The translations under genes were made by a program, and so were the position numbers. Shown here piece by piece: positions 42,366 through 51,015 of a DNA stretch of 64,000 bases; position 1 is the stretch's first letter, and every line of letters starts with the position of its first letter. This DNA comes from an uncultured delta proteobacterium. Lineage in GTDB: Bacteria; Desulfobacterota; Syntrophia; Syntrophales; UBA5619. The stretch spans positions 29,962-93,961 of the forward strand of contig CAWFOM010000027.1 in assembly GCA_963817385.1 (NCBI GenBank), read 5' to 3'. The notes under the pieces were generated by a model. That model saw nothing but the letters and a program-made list of their open reading frames with translations, did no database searches and was not told the DNA's origin.

Positions 42366-43310
42366 ATGTCTCGTAAGTTAGAGAAATTGGATATTGAGAC
42401 AGAGATTGCAGCTGTTGATAAACTGCTGGCTGAGTCAATAGAGCTAGGGGATCCTGTTGGCGAGTATCAATTCTCAAAAAGGAAAGAGTTATTGCAGCAA
42501 AATCTCAAGGAATTGGAGGAGACACCTAACGGTTCTGCAAACGTCGTACTGTACTTTGGTGGAGATCCAGTATTTGGATCGCGGGGTATATTATCAGAAT
42601 TTGCAGGAACTGCGCTTGGAAAATTTCAAGAATTGATAACCAAGGCGTACGCTACGAACGAACTTGGAAGACTCGGCGAGAGAGGGCCTATCCCTTTAAA
42701 ACAAGCTGCTAGTCTAATGATCACCAACATTGCCAGGGGATCCTTGGGTTTTGTTCTAGATGAATCCCCGAGCGAAGAGTCGTTATTCAATTCAGAATTA
42801 AAAGATGTCGTTGAGAGTGTTTCCGCCCTAATAGAGGACACTGCCTCACCTATTGAAGAACGGTTCGAAGAAGCAATGGCGGAGCTAGATCCACGGACCC
42901 TGATGGCCCTCCGGGAATTCTTTGTCATCCTTGACTCTGGCGGAGCGACCTTAAGATTAGTTGAAGAGCAATTTGATTTTACACTCGATAAGCCATCCAT
43001 TAGAAGGGCTAGATTAAGAACAGAGAGCACAACCATTGATGAGGATGATGATATTTTGGAAGGACTCTTTGTTGGGTTGCTGCCCGGACATAAAAGATTC
43101 GAAATACAAGTGGCTGGTGATCTTTCCTATGGGACGGTTTCTAAGGAAGCGGGTGAACAATATTCACAATACCTCAAGACGGGTTCAATTATTCCCGGAA
43201 TGTCGGTGACTATCAAAGTAAGAAGAAGGATTGTGCACCCACTGAATAGACCTCCTAAAGAAGCCTTAAGGCTTTTAGAATTCATTAAATTAGAGAAGAA
43301 GGAGGCATAA
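42366..43310 (+). CDS. hypothetical protein, partner of the NTase-like gene
   Basis: Intact acidic 314 aa ORF starting 2 nt after the upstream stop; N-terminal coiled coil. Confidence 0.75.
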   Translation: MSRKLEKLDIETEIAAVDKLLAESIELGDPVGEYQFSKRKELLQQNLKELEETPNGSANVVLYFGGDPVFGSRGILSEFAGTALGKFQELITKAYATNELGRLGERGPIPLKQAASLMITNIARGSLGFVLDESPSEESLFNSELKDVVESVSALIEDTASPIEERFEEAMAELDPRTLMALREFFVILDSGGATLRLVEEQFDFTLDKPSIRRARLRTESTTIDEDDDILEGLFVGLLPGHKRFEIQVAGDLSYGTVSKEAGEQYSQYLKTGSIIPGMSVTIKVRRRIVHPLNRPPKEALRLLEFIKLEKKEA

Positions 43311-43401
43311 GGAATAAACTGCCGGTGCGGGGCAAGCCAGTACCATGCGTGCGGTTGATGTCTGTCTTCTAATATTCGGAGGTAATTTTATTGGCCTCGA
43401 A

Positions 43402-44436
43402 TCAGACGCTACTGAGCAGTGCTAGAACCCGCCGGCCGATCTTCCTGGCTTCAACCTGGATTGACATTGTTTTCAGTTGCCCGCGAGAATGTTTCCACCA
43501 GTCAAGATTTTCGGTTTTTAAGACGCTCTCATCCGAAGAGGTATTATCGTATAATTCTGTGATAATCGATTCTGTGGGCACTTCCATGTTACGATATATC
43601 CACAGTCCGGATTTTGTCGCTTCAGCGTTACCAATCACATCAATAGCCCGAATTTTGAGGGAAGACAAATCAGGTTTGAATGGGAAGAGTTCCTCCTGCT
43701 CTGAGGCGATTAATCGTTCGGCCTGTTTCTTCAGGCCGTAATCAGCGATAATCAATAGCTGCGGCAAAGGACAACGTTTTACCGCAGCACGGATTGTTGC
43801 TTCTCTACTGGCACTAGGGCAGATCCTTATTCGCAGATTTTCTATACTATCGAAGGATAATCGACCATCTATTTTTATTAAAGCCAGCAGCTCTGGTAAA
43901 AATAACGGAGAATAAAAAGCCAAATCACCAGCAACGCGGTCTACCATTTGTTCAGTGGGTTCTTTCTTTATCGCGGGAGTGCGTCTAAACTGAAAGGATG
44001 CTTGGGGTGACATCGTTAACACATGGGCCAGCTCATGCCATTTAGAGAAATAGGCCTTGAATTTTTTATGCCCTCTACAATCAATAACTGCAACATATTT
44101 CCACTGCTTTAACCGCATTAGACGAATGAGAACCGCATCGGTCTCATTGTCAAGCTGACTATAAAGCTCGACAAAGGCTATTTCCCCTTGTGAAGCAAAC
44201 CTGGATATCAATTCCTTTAGATCATCGTCTTCCCCAATATGCTCGAACTTTACGCCTAGGCCCGAGCTAACTATCTCCAGAAAACCATCGAGGTTGTTTA
44301 TGCTTTTAAATGGTTTTATTAACTCTTCTACTTTATTTACGCAGTACTCCCTAATCGCATTTTCCGCATTGCGATATCTCTTTAACCCAAGCTCTTTTGC
44401 CATTTGCTTTATGGCAGTCATGTCCTCGAGTTTCAT
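43402..44436 (-). CDS. ImmA/IrrE-family Zn metallopeptidase, CapP-like
   Basis: FSKWHELAH (HExxH) then EQMVD; directly downstream of an XRE HTH gene. Confidence 0.8.
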   Translation of the reverse strand: MKLEDMTAIKQMAKELGLKRYRNAENAIREYCVNKVEELIKPFKSINNLDGFLEIVSSGLGVKFEHIGEDDDLKELISRFASQGEIAFVELYSQLDNETDAVLIRLMRLKQWKYVAVIDCRGHKKFKAYFSKWHELAHVLTMSPQASFQFRRTPAIKKEPTEQMVDRVAGDLAFYSPLFLPELLALIKIDGRLSFDSIENLRIRICPSASREATIRAAVKRCPLPQLLIIADYGLKKQAERLIASEQEELFPFKPDLSSLKIRAIDVIGNAEATKSGLWIYRNMEVPTESIITELYDNTSSDESVLKTENLDWWKHSRGQLKTMSIQVEARKIGRRVLALLSSV

Positions 44437-44437
44437 G

Positions 44438-44845
44438 TTACTCCAGATAATCTCTTATGCGTTCGTAAAATTCCTCCCAACCGCCCTTGTCCATCTCGCC
44501 CTTTCCTCTGTCATTTCTTCTGGCGATTAGAGAGTGATGTGCATTAAGTAATGTTAGCGTTTGCTTGTATGTTAATCCCTTTCTTTCAGCTAAGCTTGAT
44601 AGCCCCTGCGGTATTTCCACGGGTCGCTGTTCTTTCTCGCCAGCAGGAGTCTCACCCTTCATCAGATAATCCAATGATACATTCAGAGCATTGGCGATTC
44701 TTAATAGGCTATCGCCGCTGATATTGGTTTTGTCATTTTCAACCTCACTCAGGAAGCTTTTACTGGTTTTTGCCTCCTGGGCCAGCTTATCCTGGGTCCA
44801 GCCTAACGATTGCCTCAAAGATTTTAATCTCTCGCCAAAGGTCAT
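44438..44845 (-). CDS. XRE-family HTH repressor, CapH-like
   Basis: GERLKSLR..WTQDKLA..SKSFLSEVEND..IANALNVSLDYL; divergent from the Ubl operon. Confidence 0.85.
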   Translation of the reverse strand: MTFGERLKSLRQSLGWTQDKLAQEAKTSKSFLSEVENDKTNISGDSLLRIANALNVSLDYLMKGETPAGEKEQRPVEIPQGLSSLAERKGLTYKQTLTLLNAHHSLIARRNDRGKGEMDKGGWEEFYERIRDYLE

Positions 44846-44915
44846 GAGACGCGTACTCCACTAAGTAACTGTTTTAAATATAATATTTAGAGACGCAAAA
44901 AATCTAGCAAAAAGC

Positions 44916-44965
44916 TTGACATCTCCAATATCGAACATTATAATACATACCGAACAATAGGTTCG
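44916..44965 (+). promoter_or_regulatory. consensus sigma-70 promoter of the Ubl operon with palindromic operator
   Basis: TTGACA (44916)-17 bp-TATAAT (44939); CGAAC-AATAG-GTTCG at 44951-44965 and a CGAAC half-site at 44932. Confidence 0.8.
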
Positions 44966-45086
44966 ACATTCAAAAAGAATGTCGTTGAAAGCGATATTAA
45001 GCCTGAAAACCTTTGGCGTCAAGAGATTTTTGTGAATGTGGTGATCTCTAAGTTATAACCAACTAAAGTTACAGGAGGATAAAGAA

Positions 45087-45395
45087 ATGAACAACGAAAG
45101 AGACAAAAAAGAAGATAAGGAAAACGGGGACAAAGAAGACAAGAAAGACAGGGACCTGACCATTACGATCGAAACAACTGAGGGGGCGTGGACGGAGACT
45201 TTTGCACAGACAGACAAGATCAAGGAAGTAATCGCAGCAGTAGTCCGGCATTTTGTTTTTGCTGCCGATGGAAAGTATGAGTTACGGCGGGAGACTGATC
45301 CAGACACCCCCCTTGATCCAGAGCGGCCTCTTGTCAGCTATCATATCAAAGATGGCGATACACTGATTTTCACTGATTTGGGGATTGCCGTATGA
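45087..45395 (+). CDS. ubiquitin-like protein (BilA-like)
   Basis: Beta-grasp-like LDPERPLVSYHIKDGDTLIF; C-terminus TDLG-IAV; first gene of the E2/JAB/E1 operon. Confidence 0.75.
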   Translation: MNNERDKKEDKENGDKEDKKDRDLTITIETTEGAWTETFAQTDKIKEVIAAVVRHFVFAADGKYELRRETDPDTPLDPERPLVSYHIKDGDTLIFTDLGIAV

Positions 45396-45877
45396 GTGTC
45401 GATCCCAGAATATCATTAAACATTTTTCAAAACGAGCTTCGTGACAGCCAAAAAGACGCGGCACGATTCAAGTGGGAAATATCGGAAATCGATGGCTCCA
45501 ATCAGTTGGTTACGGTGAGGATGACATCTCCTTGCGATGGCGAGCAATATATACTGGAGATAAAGTTCGATAATTACAAGGAATGGCCACTATTGATCGA
45601 GTTTGTTGACCCTCAAACCAATAGAAAAGGCACCACGCGTGCATACCCATCTGAGAAGGGAAACTATGGCAATTTATTTCATGGACACCCTTGCATTTGC
45701 CATCCTTGCTCAAGAAATGCCTATCAAGGCCATAGCAATGTGCACACAGATTGGAACCTGACTAACTGGCAGCAAAATCCGAAAGTCGGCACTCTTAAGG
45801 CTATTCCGGCGATCTTGCGAGCCATTTACTCCAGAATCAGCAACCCTGATATCTATAATGGGCGCAGACATGCTTAA
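45392..45877 (+). CDS. E2-like ubiquitin-conjugating protein (BilB-like)
   Basis: FDNYKEWPLLIEFVDP UBC-like core; candidate catalytic Cys in HPCICHP; operon context. Confidence 0.7.
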   Translation: MSVDPRISLNIFQNELRDSQKDAARFKWEISEIDGSNQLVTVRMTSPCDGEQYILEIKFDNYKEWPLLIEFVDPQTNRKGTTRAYPSEKGNYGNLFHGHPCICHPCSRNAYQGHSNVHTDWNLTNWQQNPKVGTLKAIPAILRAIYSRISNPDIYNGRRHA

Positions 45878-46424
45878 TCTATTCAAATTCTTTCATACGA
45901 ATATCAAGCGTGATCCACACGATACTCTTAATTACAACATACCAAAGCAAGCGATCATTTATACAGAAAGGGTGCTGCAAGGATATGCAAGCATGAACCC
46001 ACCGAACGAAGGACTCGTCTATTGGGGTGGCCGAAAAAATGGGGACAGTATTACTGTTTCTATAGTGATCGCTCCTCAAACGAATTCAAACTGGGGACGA
46101 GTAGCAACATCAAATCGATCAAATTTTGATTTTGTCAGGACACTAAATAGACGCGGGCTTACGCAAATAGCCCAGGTGCATTCGCATCCAACGGATTGGG
46201 TGGACCATTCGCCTGGCGACGACTTATATGCCGCTTTCAAGAGGGAGGGGCTCCTCTCAATCGTTGTGCCTGAATATTGCGCAAATGGCATGCCGAGCTT
46301 AACAGTCTGTGGATGCCATAGGTATGCAAACAAGTCCTTCATCCGCCTGTCTGTGGCATATGTAAAATCTCATTTTCACATCGTCAATCGTAATGATTGC
46401 CTTTTCGAGGACCAACGAATATGA
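45870..46424 (+). CDS. JAB/MPN metalloprotease (BilC-like)
   Basis: NEGLVYW...QVHSHP..DHSPGDD JAMM motif. Confidence 0.85.
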   Translation: MLNLFKFFHTNIKRDPHDTLNYNIPKQAIIYTERVLQGYASMNPPNEGLVYWGGRKNGDSITVSIVIAPQTNSNWGRVATSNRSNFDFVRTLNRRGLTQIAQVHSHPTDWVDHSPGDDLYAAFKREGLLSIVVPEYCANGMPSLTVCGCHRYANKSFIRLSVAYVKSHFHIVNRNDCLFEDQRI

Positions 46425-47875
46425 GCAATTTCCCCTTAACCAAAGATAATTGGTATGCGCTTCGGGATGATAGGACCAAGAGGATAGACGGGGCCAACGG
46501 TTTTGAAAACTTCAAGGTAGGTGTCATCATTGATTCCAATATAGAAGCGTATCCAACACAAGTTATGGCTGCTGTTGCGCTTAATATTCTTGCTCGATGG
46601 TGCCGAAACATAAAAATAGAAATCCTCGGTGACGCAATTTCCCTCTTGCCAATTTATAAAGACTTGAAGCTTTCCGATGCACTAATGAAAATGATATCTG
46701 GTGCCGATCCCTATGGGGACTTTAGCTATGCACATGTTAATGAGAGCGAGTGCGATGAGATTTTGATCATAGGAGACAGCGAGAGGATGTTCAAGAACCC
46801 ACACATATGGGTAAATGCGTCAGGCTGGCTTGCCTCAATATCCTATAGCACGCGCGCAATGGCACTATCTGGGAATAACCACAATATTATTGGGCCGGCA
46901 TTTGCGTCTTGCCTTGGCGTTGCGGAAATATTCAAACGAGCGATTGGACTACCCCCGGTTGAGAATTTCTCACATTGTCTCTCACTCTATGATCTTGGTC
47001 ATGGCAGCAGCGCTGATGGGCTAAAAAACCCTCAGTTTTCGAATCAAGTGGATTTCGGAAGAATTCATCAGGTCGGCTGTGGCGCTGTCGGCTCATGCCT
47101 CGATTTCCTTCTAAGCCTTACTTCCTGGAAAGCTAATGTTGACTTAATCGATTTTGACCAAGTATCCTTATCAAACTGCAACAGATCGCTAGCTTTCAGC
47201 GCCTATGATGCGATAAAAGAACGCCAAAAAGTCCATGCTTGTTATGATCTGTTTAAATCAAGCAATTTTTCAGCTAAATCATTTAACGACAGCTACGATG
47301 CCTTCATAAAGGAAGGAAGGTTTTTGGATACGCCCCCAGACGCTATCCTATGTCTAGCAAACGATAGAAATATTTGGTATTGCATTCAAAATAATCTTCC
47401 TCCTTTGGTGTTACATGCTACTACAACTCCCAATTGGGGATTGAATTTTGGCCGGCACATACCCAAGAAAGAGTGGTGCATCATGTGTAGGTTTGGCCAG
47501 GAGGTAAATACTGGTTTCGTTCCTCCGTGTAGCGAAGGAGTCATAAGCAGAGATGTACAGACTGCAATACCGATTCAAGGAGTGCTGCCTTTCCTGTCAT
47601 CTGCTGCTGCCATACTAGTCATAGCGGAACTAGCCAAAATGAATATGGACGGCTACCCAGTAAACAGGAACTTCATTCAATTCTCGACCAAGACACCGCT
47701 AGTAGGGTTCCGGCAACAACAGAGAATAGCCAACCATGATTGCATGTGTAATGGACAGCCGTTGGAATATTATCCAGGACAAATTAAGGCAACAAGATTT
47801 TGGAAACTCACTGAGAACAACTCTCCCCAGCAGGAACAGGGGGCATCTTTGGGCTACAAGTGCGAATCCGCTTGA
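46421..47875 (+). CDS. E1/ThiF-family activating enzyme with N-terminal extension (BilD-like)
   Basis: VGCGAVGS, DFDQVSLSNCNR, CIMC and CMC Zn ligands, candidate catalytic Cys in PPCS; about 200 aa N-terminal second domain. Confidence 0.85.
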   Translation: MSNFPLTKDNWYALRDDRTKRIDGANGFENFKVGVIIDSNIEAYPTQVMAAVALNILARWCRNIKIEILGDAISLLPIYKDLKLSDALMKMISGADPYGDFSYAHVNESECDEILIIGDSERMFKNPHIWVNASGWLASISYSTRAMALSGNNHNIIGPAFASCLGVAEIFKRAIGLPPVENFSHCLSLYDLGHGSSADGLKNPQFSNQVDFGRIHQVGCGAVGSCLDFLLSLTSWKANVDLIDFDQVSLSNCNRSLAFSAYDAIKERQKVHACYDLFKSSNFSAKSFNDSYDAFIKEGRFLDTPPDAILCLANDRNIWYCIQNNLPPLVLHATTTPNWGLNFGRHIPKKEWCIMCRFGQEVNTGFVPPCSEGVISRDVQTAIPIQGVLPFLSSAAAILVIAELAKMNMDGYPVNRNFIQFSTKTPLVGFRQQQRIANHDCMCNGQPLEYYPGQIKATRFWKLTENNSPQQEQGASLGYKCESA

Positions 47876-48093
47876 GCCCTATGGACACCGCGACATCTCC
47901 AGACGGAAGCCTGGAATTTTATGCGGCTGAATAATCGCTCGTTACGGTGTGATTTTTCATCTGGGGTTACTCGACGGTTACGTTCTCCGGCCTCATTATC
48001 ACCATACCGCCTGTATATCAGGATAGCCTTAACCGGTCATGATCTGAGATTACTTCGATTTTGATCGGACCACCGCCGATACGAGCTTCATCC

Positions 48094-48383
48094 TTATAAT
48101 ATCTCCATCCTCTGGATGGTCAACATTATTCCATCCGTCGCCTGGCCCCACTCCACCAGATGGAATTGTGGGCCGTCTTCAAAGGTGACCTCAATCCCCG
48201 TGATACTTAGCGGATGAACGCAGGAGCCGGTGTTGTAGTAGGACCCATCGGGCTGATGCTTGATCTCGATCCCCTCGGTCTTGACCTTGGATTCCAGGTA
48301 GCGTCGCTCCGTCAGAGACAGGTTCTCGAAGACCGCCCGGTGGGTGTGCCGGCGATGACGGCGACGATACCCTGATCGTTGCG
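48094..48383 (-). pseudogene. metallophosphoesterase C-terminal remnant
   Basis: VIAG/HTHR (1-nt deletion) ... YYNTGSCVHPLSITGIE; no N-terminus. Confidence 0.55.
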
Positions 48384-48384
48384 G

Positions 48385-48567
48385 AATGTGAATCAGGAAA
48401 TGATCGCCGCCGGCATGGCAGAGGCCTATGTGGAATATCTGAAGCAGCCCTATCGCGCCCCTTCATCTAGGCGGAACAGGAGGCCAAGCCCCAAGGGAGA
48501 GGGGTCTGGTCCCAGGGTAGACGCTATGAGAGGCCCTCGCAGTTCAGAAAAAGGATGGGGAGCTTAA
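48385..48567 (+). pseudogene. thermonuclease (SNase-like) C-terminal remnant
   Basis: NVNQEMIAAGMAEAY then, after a frameshift, AEQEAK..GRGVWS...PSQFRK. Confidence 0.6.
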
Positions 48568-48621
48568 GCCCTGGGGCTTTAAAAGCTCTTGAACAAGTCT
48601 AATTTTCACTAATTTACTTAT

Positions 48622-48715
48622 TTTCAGCAAACGTTGAAAGTGCAATATTAGCTGAAATTACCGCTTGACGACTTGATATTTTCACTATAATGTGCAATTT
48701 CAGCAAATGTTGAAA
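48622..48715 (+). promoter_or_regulatory. duplicated palindromic operators around the AbiE-like promoter
   Basis: TTTCAGC-AAA(C/T)-GTTGAAA at 48622-48639 and 48698-48715, flanking TTGACG..TATAAT (48665-48691, short 15 bp spacer). Confidence 0.65.
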
Positions 48716-48727
48716 GGCTATTTAGTA

Positions 48728-49786
48728 ATGAAAGTATCTGAAAAAAACATAGAGGCAGATGTTGAAAACGCCTTGAGGGCATGTCTGCAACGGGTCCCTT
48801 TTCTGGAGATCGAATCTATGGAAAGAGACCTCCGCAGTGGAGACGCCCGTATCGATCTCGTCGCCACCGTGCGTATTGCCGAGCAGCGACAGCGTCTGGC
48901 ACTGGAAGTCAAGAACAGCGGTCAGCCCCGCATTGCCCGTACAGCCGCCTACCAACTGGCCCGTGTTCGGGAGCAGGACCCGGCACTCTATGGCGTCTTT
49001 GCCGCCCCCTATATCTCTCCGCAAACAGCAGAAATCTGTAACCAGGAGAAGATCGGCTATCTCGATCTTGCCGGCAACTGCCGACTGACCTTTGGCCAGG
49101 TCTATATCGAACAGATGGGCATGCCCAATCCCTATGCGGAAAAACGGGATTTGCGCACCCTCTATTCCCCCAAGGCCGCACGGGTCCTGCGCGTGCTCCT
49201 GACAGATCCTCAAAAGGCCTGGCGGGTCCAGGCTCTTGCAGTAGAGGCGGCCGTCAGCCTGGGGCAGGTTTCCAATGTCAAGCGCCTCCTGGAGGACCGC
49301 GAATGGATCAAGGGATCCGAGGAAGGGCTTCTGCTCAAGGAGCCTGGCAGCCTCCTTGCTGAATGGACGACGAACTATAATGCCAGAAAAACGGTATCGG
49401 GAAACTACTACACCCTGAAAGGCCTCGCCGAGATCGAGGCCGACTTGGCTCAAGCCTGCGAAAGAGAAGCGATCCCCTATGCCCTGACCGGATTTTCCGG
49501 GGCCGCACGTTACGCCCCGGCGGTGCGCTACCAAAGGGCCATGGCCTATGTGGGGCGTGACATGGAAAGGGTCGCAGAGCAGCTCTCCCTGAAGAGGGTC
49601 GATAGCGGCGCCAATGTCACCCTCTATGCCCCCTCTGACGAAGGAGTCCTGTACGGCGCAAGCCCCATCGACGGGATTTGCATTGCCTCACCGGTGCAGG
49701 TTTACCTTGACCTGGTCGGTGTGAAGGGACGCGGCGAGGAAGCGGCGAGGGTACTACTGGAGGAGGTGATCAAGCGCTCATGGTAA
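48728..49786 (+). CDS. AbiEi-like (type IV TA) antitoxin / transcriptional regulator
   Basis: IDL..ALEVK N-terminal fold, central HTH (LAVEAAVSLGQVSNV), YALTGFSGA, ASPVQVYLDL...RGEEAA. Confidence 0.75.
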   Translation: MKVSEKNIEADVENALRACLQRVPFLEIESMERDLRSGDARIDLVATVRIAEQRQRLALEVKNSGQPRIARTAAYQLARVREQDPALYGVFAAPYISPQTAEICNQEKIGYLDLAGNCRLTFGQVYIEQMGMPNPYAEKRDLRTLYSPKAARVLRVLLTDPQKAWRVQALAVEAAVSLGQVSNVKRLLEDREWIKGSEEGLLLKEPGSLLAEWTTNYNARKTVSGNYYTLKGLAEIEADLAQACEREAIPYALTGFSGAARYAPAVRYQRAMAYVGRDMERVAEQLSLKRVDSGANVTLYAPSDEGVLYGASPIDGICIASPVQVYLDLVGVKGRGEEAARVLLEEVIKRSW

Positions 49787-50610
49787 CACGCAGGGATTAT
49801 ACGGCTGAGGCAGTGGAAGCGGCAAAATCGGTCCTGATTGAACTGACGCACCTTCTGGGCGAGTACCGGGACAGTATCGTCCTCATTGGCGGCTGGGTGC
49901 CGGAACTCTTGATCCCCCAGGAGCCACGGCCCCATGTGGGAAGCATGGATATCGATCTCGCCCTGAACCATGTGAAAATCCGGGAAGAAGGTTACAAGCT
50001 GATCGAGGAATTGCTCACTTCCCGCGGTTATTACCAGGAGAGTGACAAGCAACCCTTCATCTTCTTCCGCGATGTGCCGCTCGGCGATTCGACTATCAAG
50101 GTGCAGGTGGATCTTCTCTCCGGCGAATATGAGGGAACCGGCAAGAAGCACCGCACCCAGGCGGTCCAGGGAATCAAGGCACGCAAGGCGCGGGGCTGTG
50201 ATTTGGCGTTTGACATGGTCCGCGAAGTCGCCGTGGAGGGGGAAATCCCGGGCGGGGGGCTGGACCGCGTGACTATCAGGGTCGCTTCCATTGTGCCGTT
50301 TCTCGTCATGAAGGGGATGGCGTTGGATGATCGGCTCAAGGAAAAAGACGCCTGGGATATTTACTACTGCCTCCTTAACTACCGTGGCGGGATCGACGCT
50401 CTCGCGGAGGAATTTCGGCCCCATCTCTCCCACGGCTTGGTTCAGGAGGGACTCACAAAGATGGGCAAGCACTTTTCCTCTCTCGAGGCAATCGGGCCAA
50501 AGTTCGTCGCCGACTTCGAAGAGGCGGATGATCCGGAAGAAAGGGAGCGAATCATCCGTGACGCCTTCGAGCGGATCAATGCCTTCCTGAAGGGGCTGGG
50601 GGTGGCGTGA
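49780..50610 (+). CDS. AbiEii-like nucleotidyltransferase toxin
   Basis: LIGGWV...SMDIDL, MKG.A..DR.KEKDAWDI; overlaps the upstream gene. Confidence 0.75.
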   Translation: MVTRRDYTAEAVEAAKSVLIELTHLLGEYRDSIVLIGGWVPELLIPQEPRPHVGSMDIDLALNHVKIREEGYKLIEELLTSRGYYQESDKQPFIFFRDVPLGDSTIKVQVDLLSGEYEGTGKKHRTQAVQGIKARKARGCDLAFDMVREVAVEGEIPGGGLDRVTIRVASIVPFLVMKGMALDDRLKEKDAWDIYYCLLNYRGGIDALAEEFRPHLSHGLVQEGLTKMGKHFSSLEAIGPKFVADFEEADDPEERERIIRDAFERINAFLKGLGVA

Positions 50611-50674
50611 ACAAAGGCAAGGACGACTCGTCACGCTCTACAGGACGGCCCTGGCATCATGAGCACAAATCCAA

Positions 50675-50885
50675 TTACCGTTCATCGGGTGCCCGCCACG
50701 CCAGGAAGTGATCGAGAGCATCAACGCTGCCGACCATTTCACGGGCAAGCTTCAGCCGCCCCAACAGCCTGAGCCTTTCATCGTCACTCAAGCCGGCGGT
50801 CCGCTGTTCGGCATCCCGGAAGAATTGCTCAATACGGTTTGCCCTTCCCCACCGATCGATAATCTGAAGGAGTTGGCGGAGCCCG
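50675..50885 (-). pseudogene. C-terminal remnant of a hypothetical gene
   Basis: Protein-like helical tail (LLQIIDRWGRANRIEQFF...WRAPDER) without a convincing start. Confidence 0.4.
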
Positions 50886-51015
50886 GTACGTATTATCACG
50901 CATCGAGCACAAAGGTGGGAGTTTGGAAAGACAATAGTTGACATCCTGTCCCCGCTTTGCGAACATCTGCGCCGCTATTGAATTCTCTAAACTGACAAGG
51001 AGGTTGTTATTTAAG

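Noticed and set aside
43311..43401. Integron attC site after the NTase-partner gene
   Set aside because: No convincing RYYYAAC/GTTRRRY pair and no integron integrase.
41797..47875. CBASS (CD-NTase with Cap2/Cap3)
   Set aside because: The NTase-like ORF is only 188 aa and separated from the E1/E2/JAB genes by the opposite-strand regulators; the operon has its own Ubl and separate E2 and E1, and no CBASS effector is visible.
45087..47875. ThiS/ThiF or MoaD/MoeB sulfur-carrier operon
   Set aside because: An E2-like gene is present, the E1 is two-domain, there are no thiamine, molybdopterin or cysteine synthesis genes, and the context is defensive.
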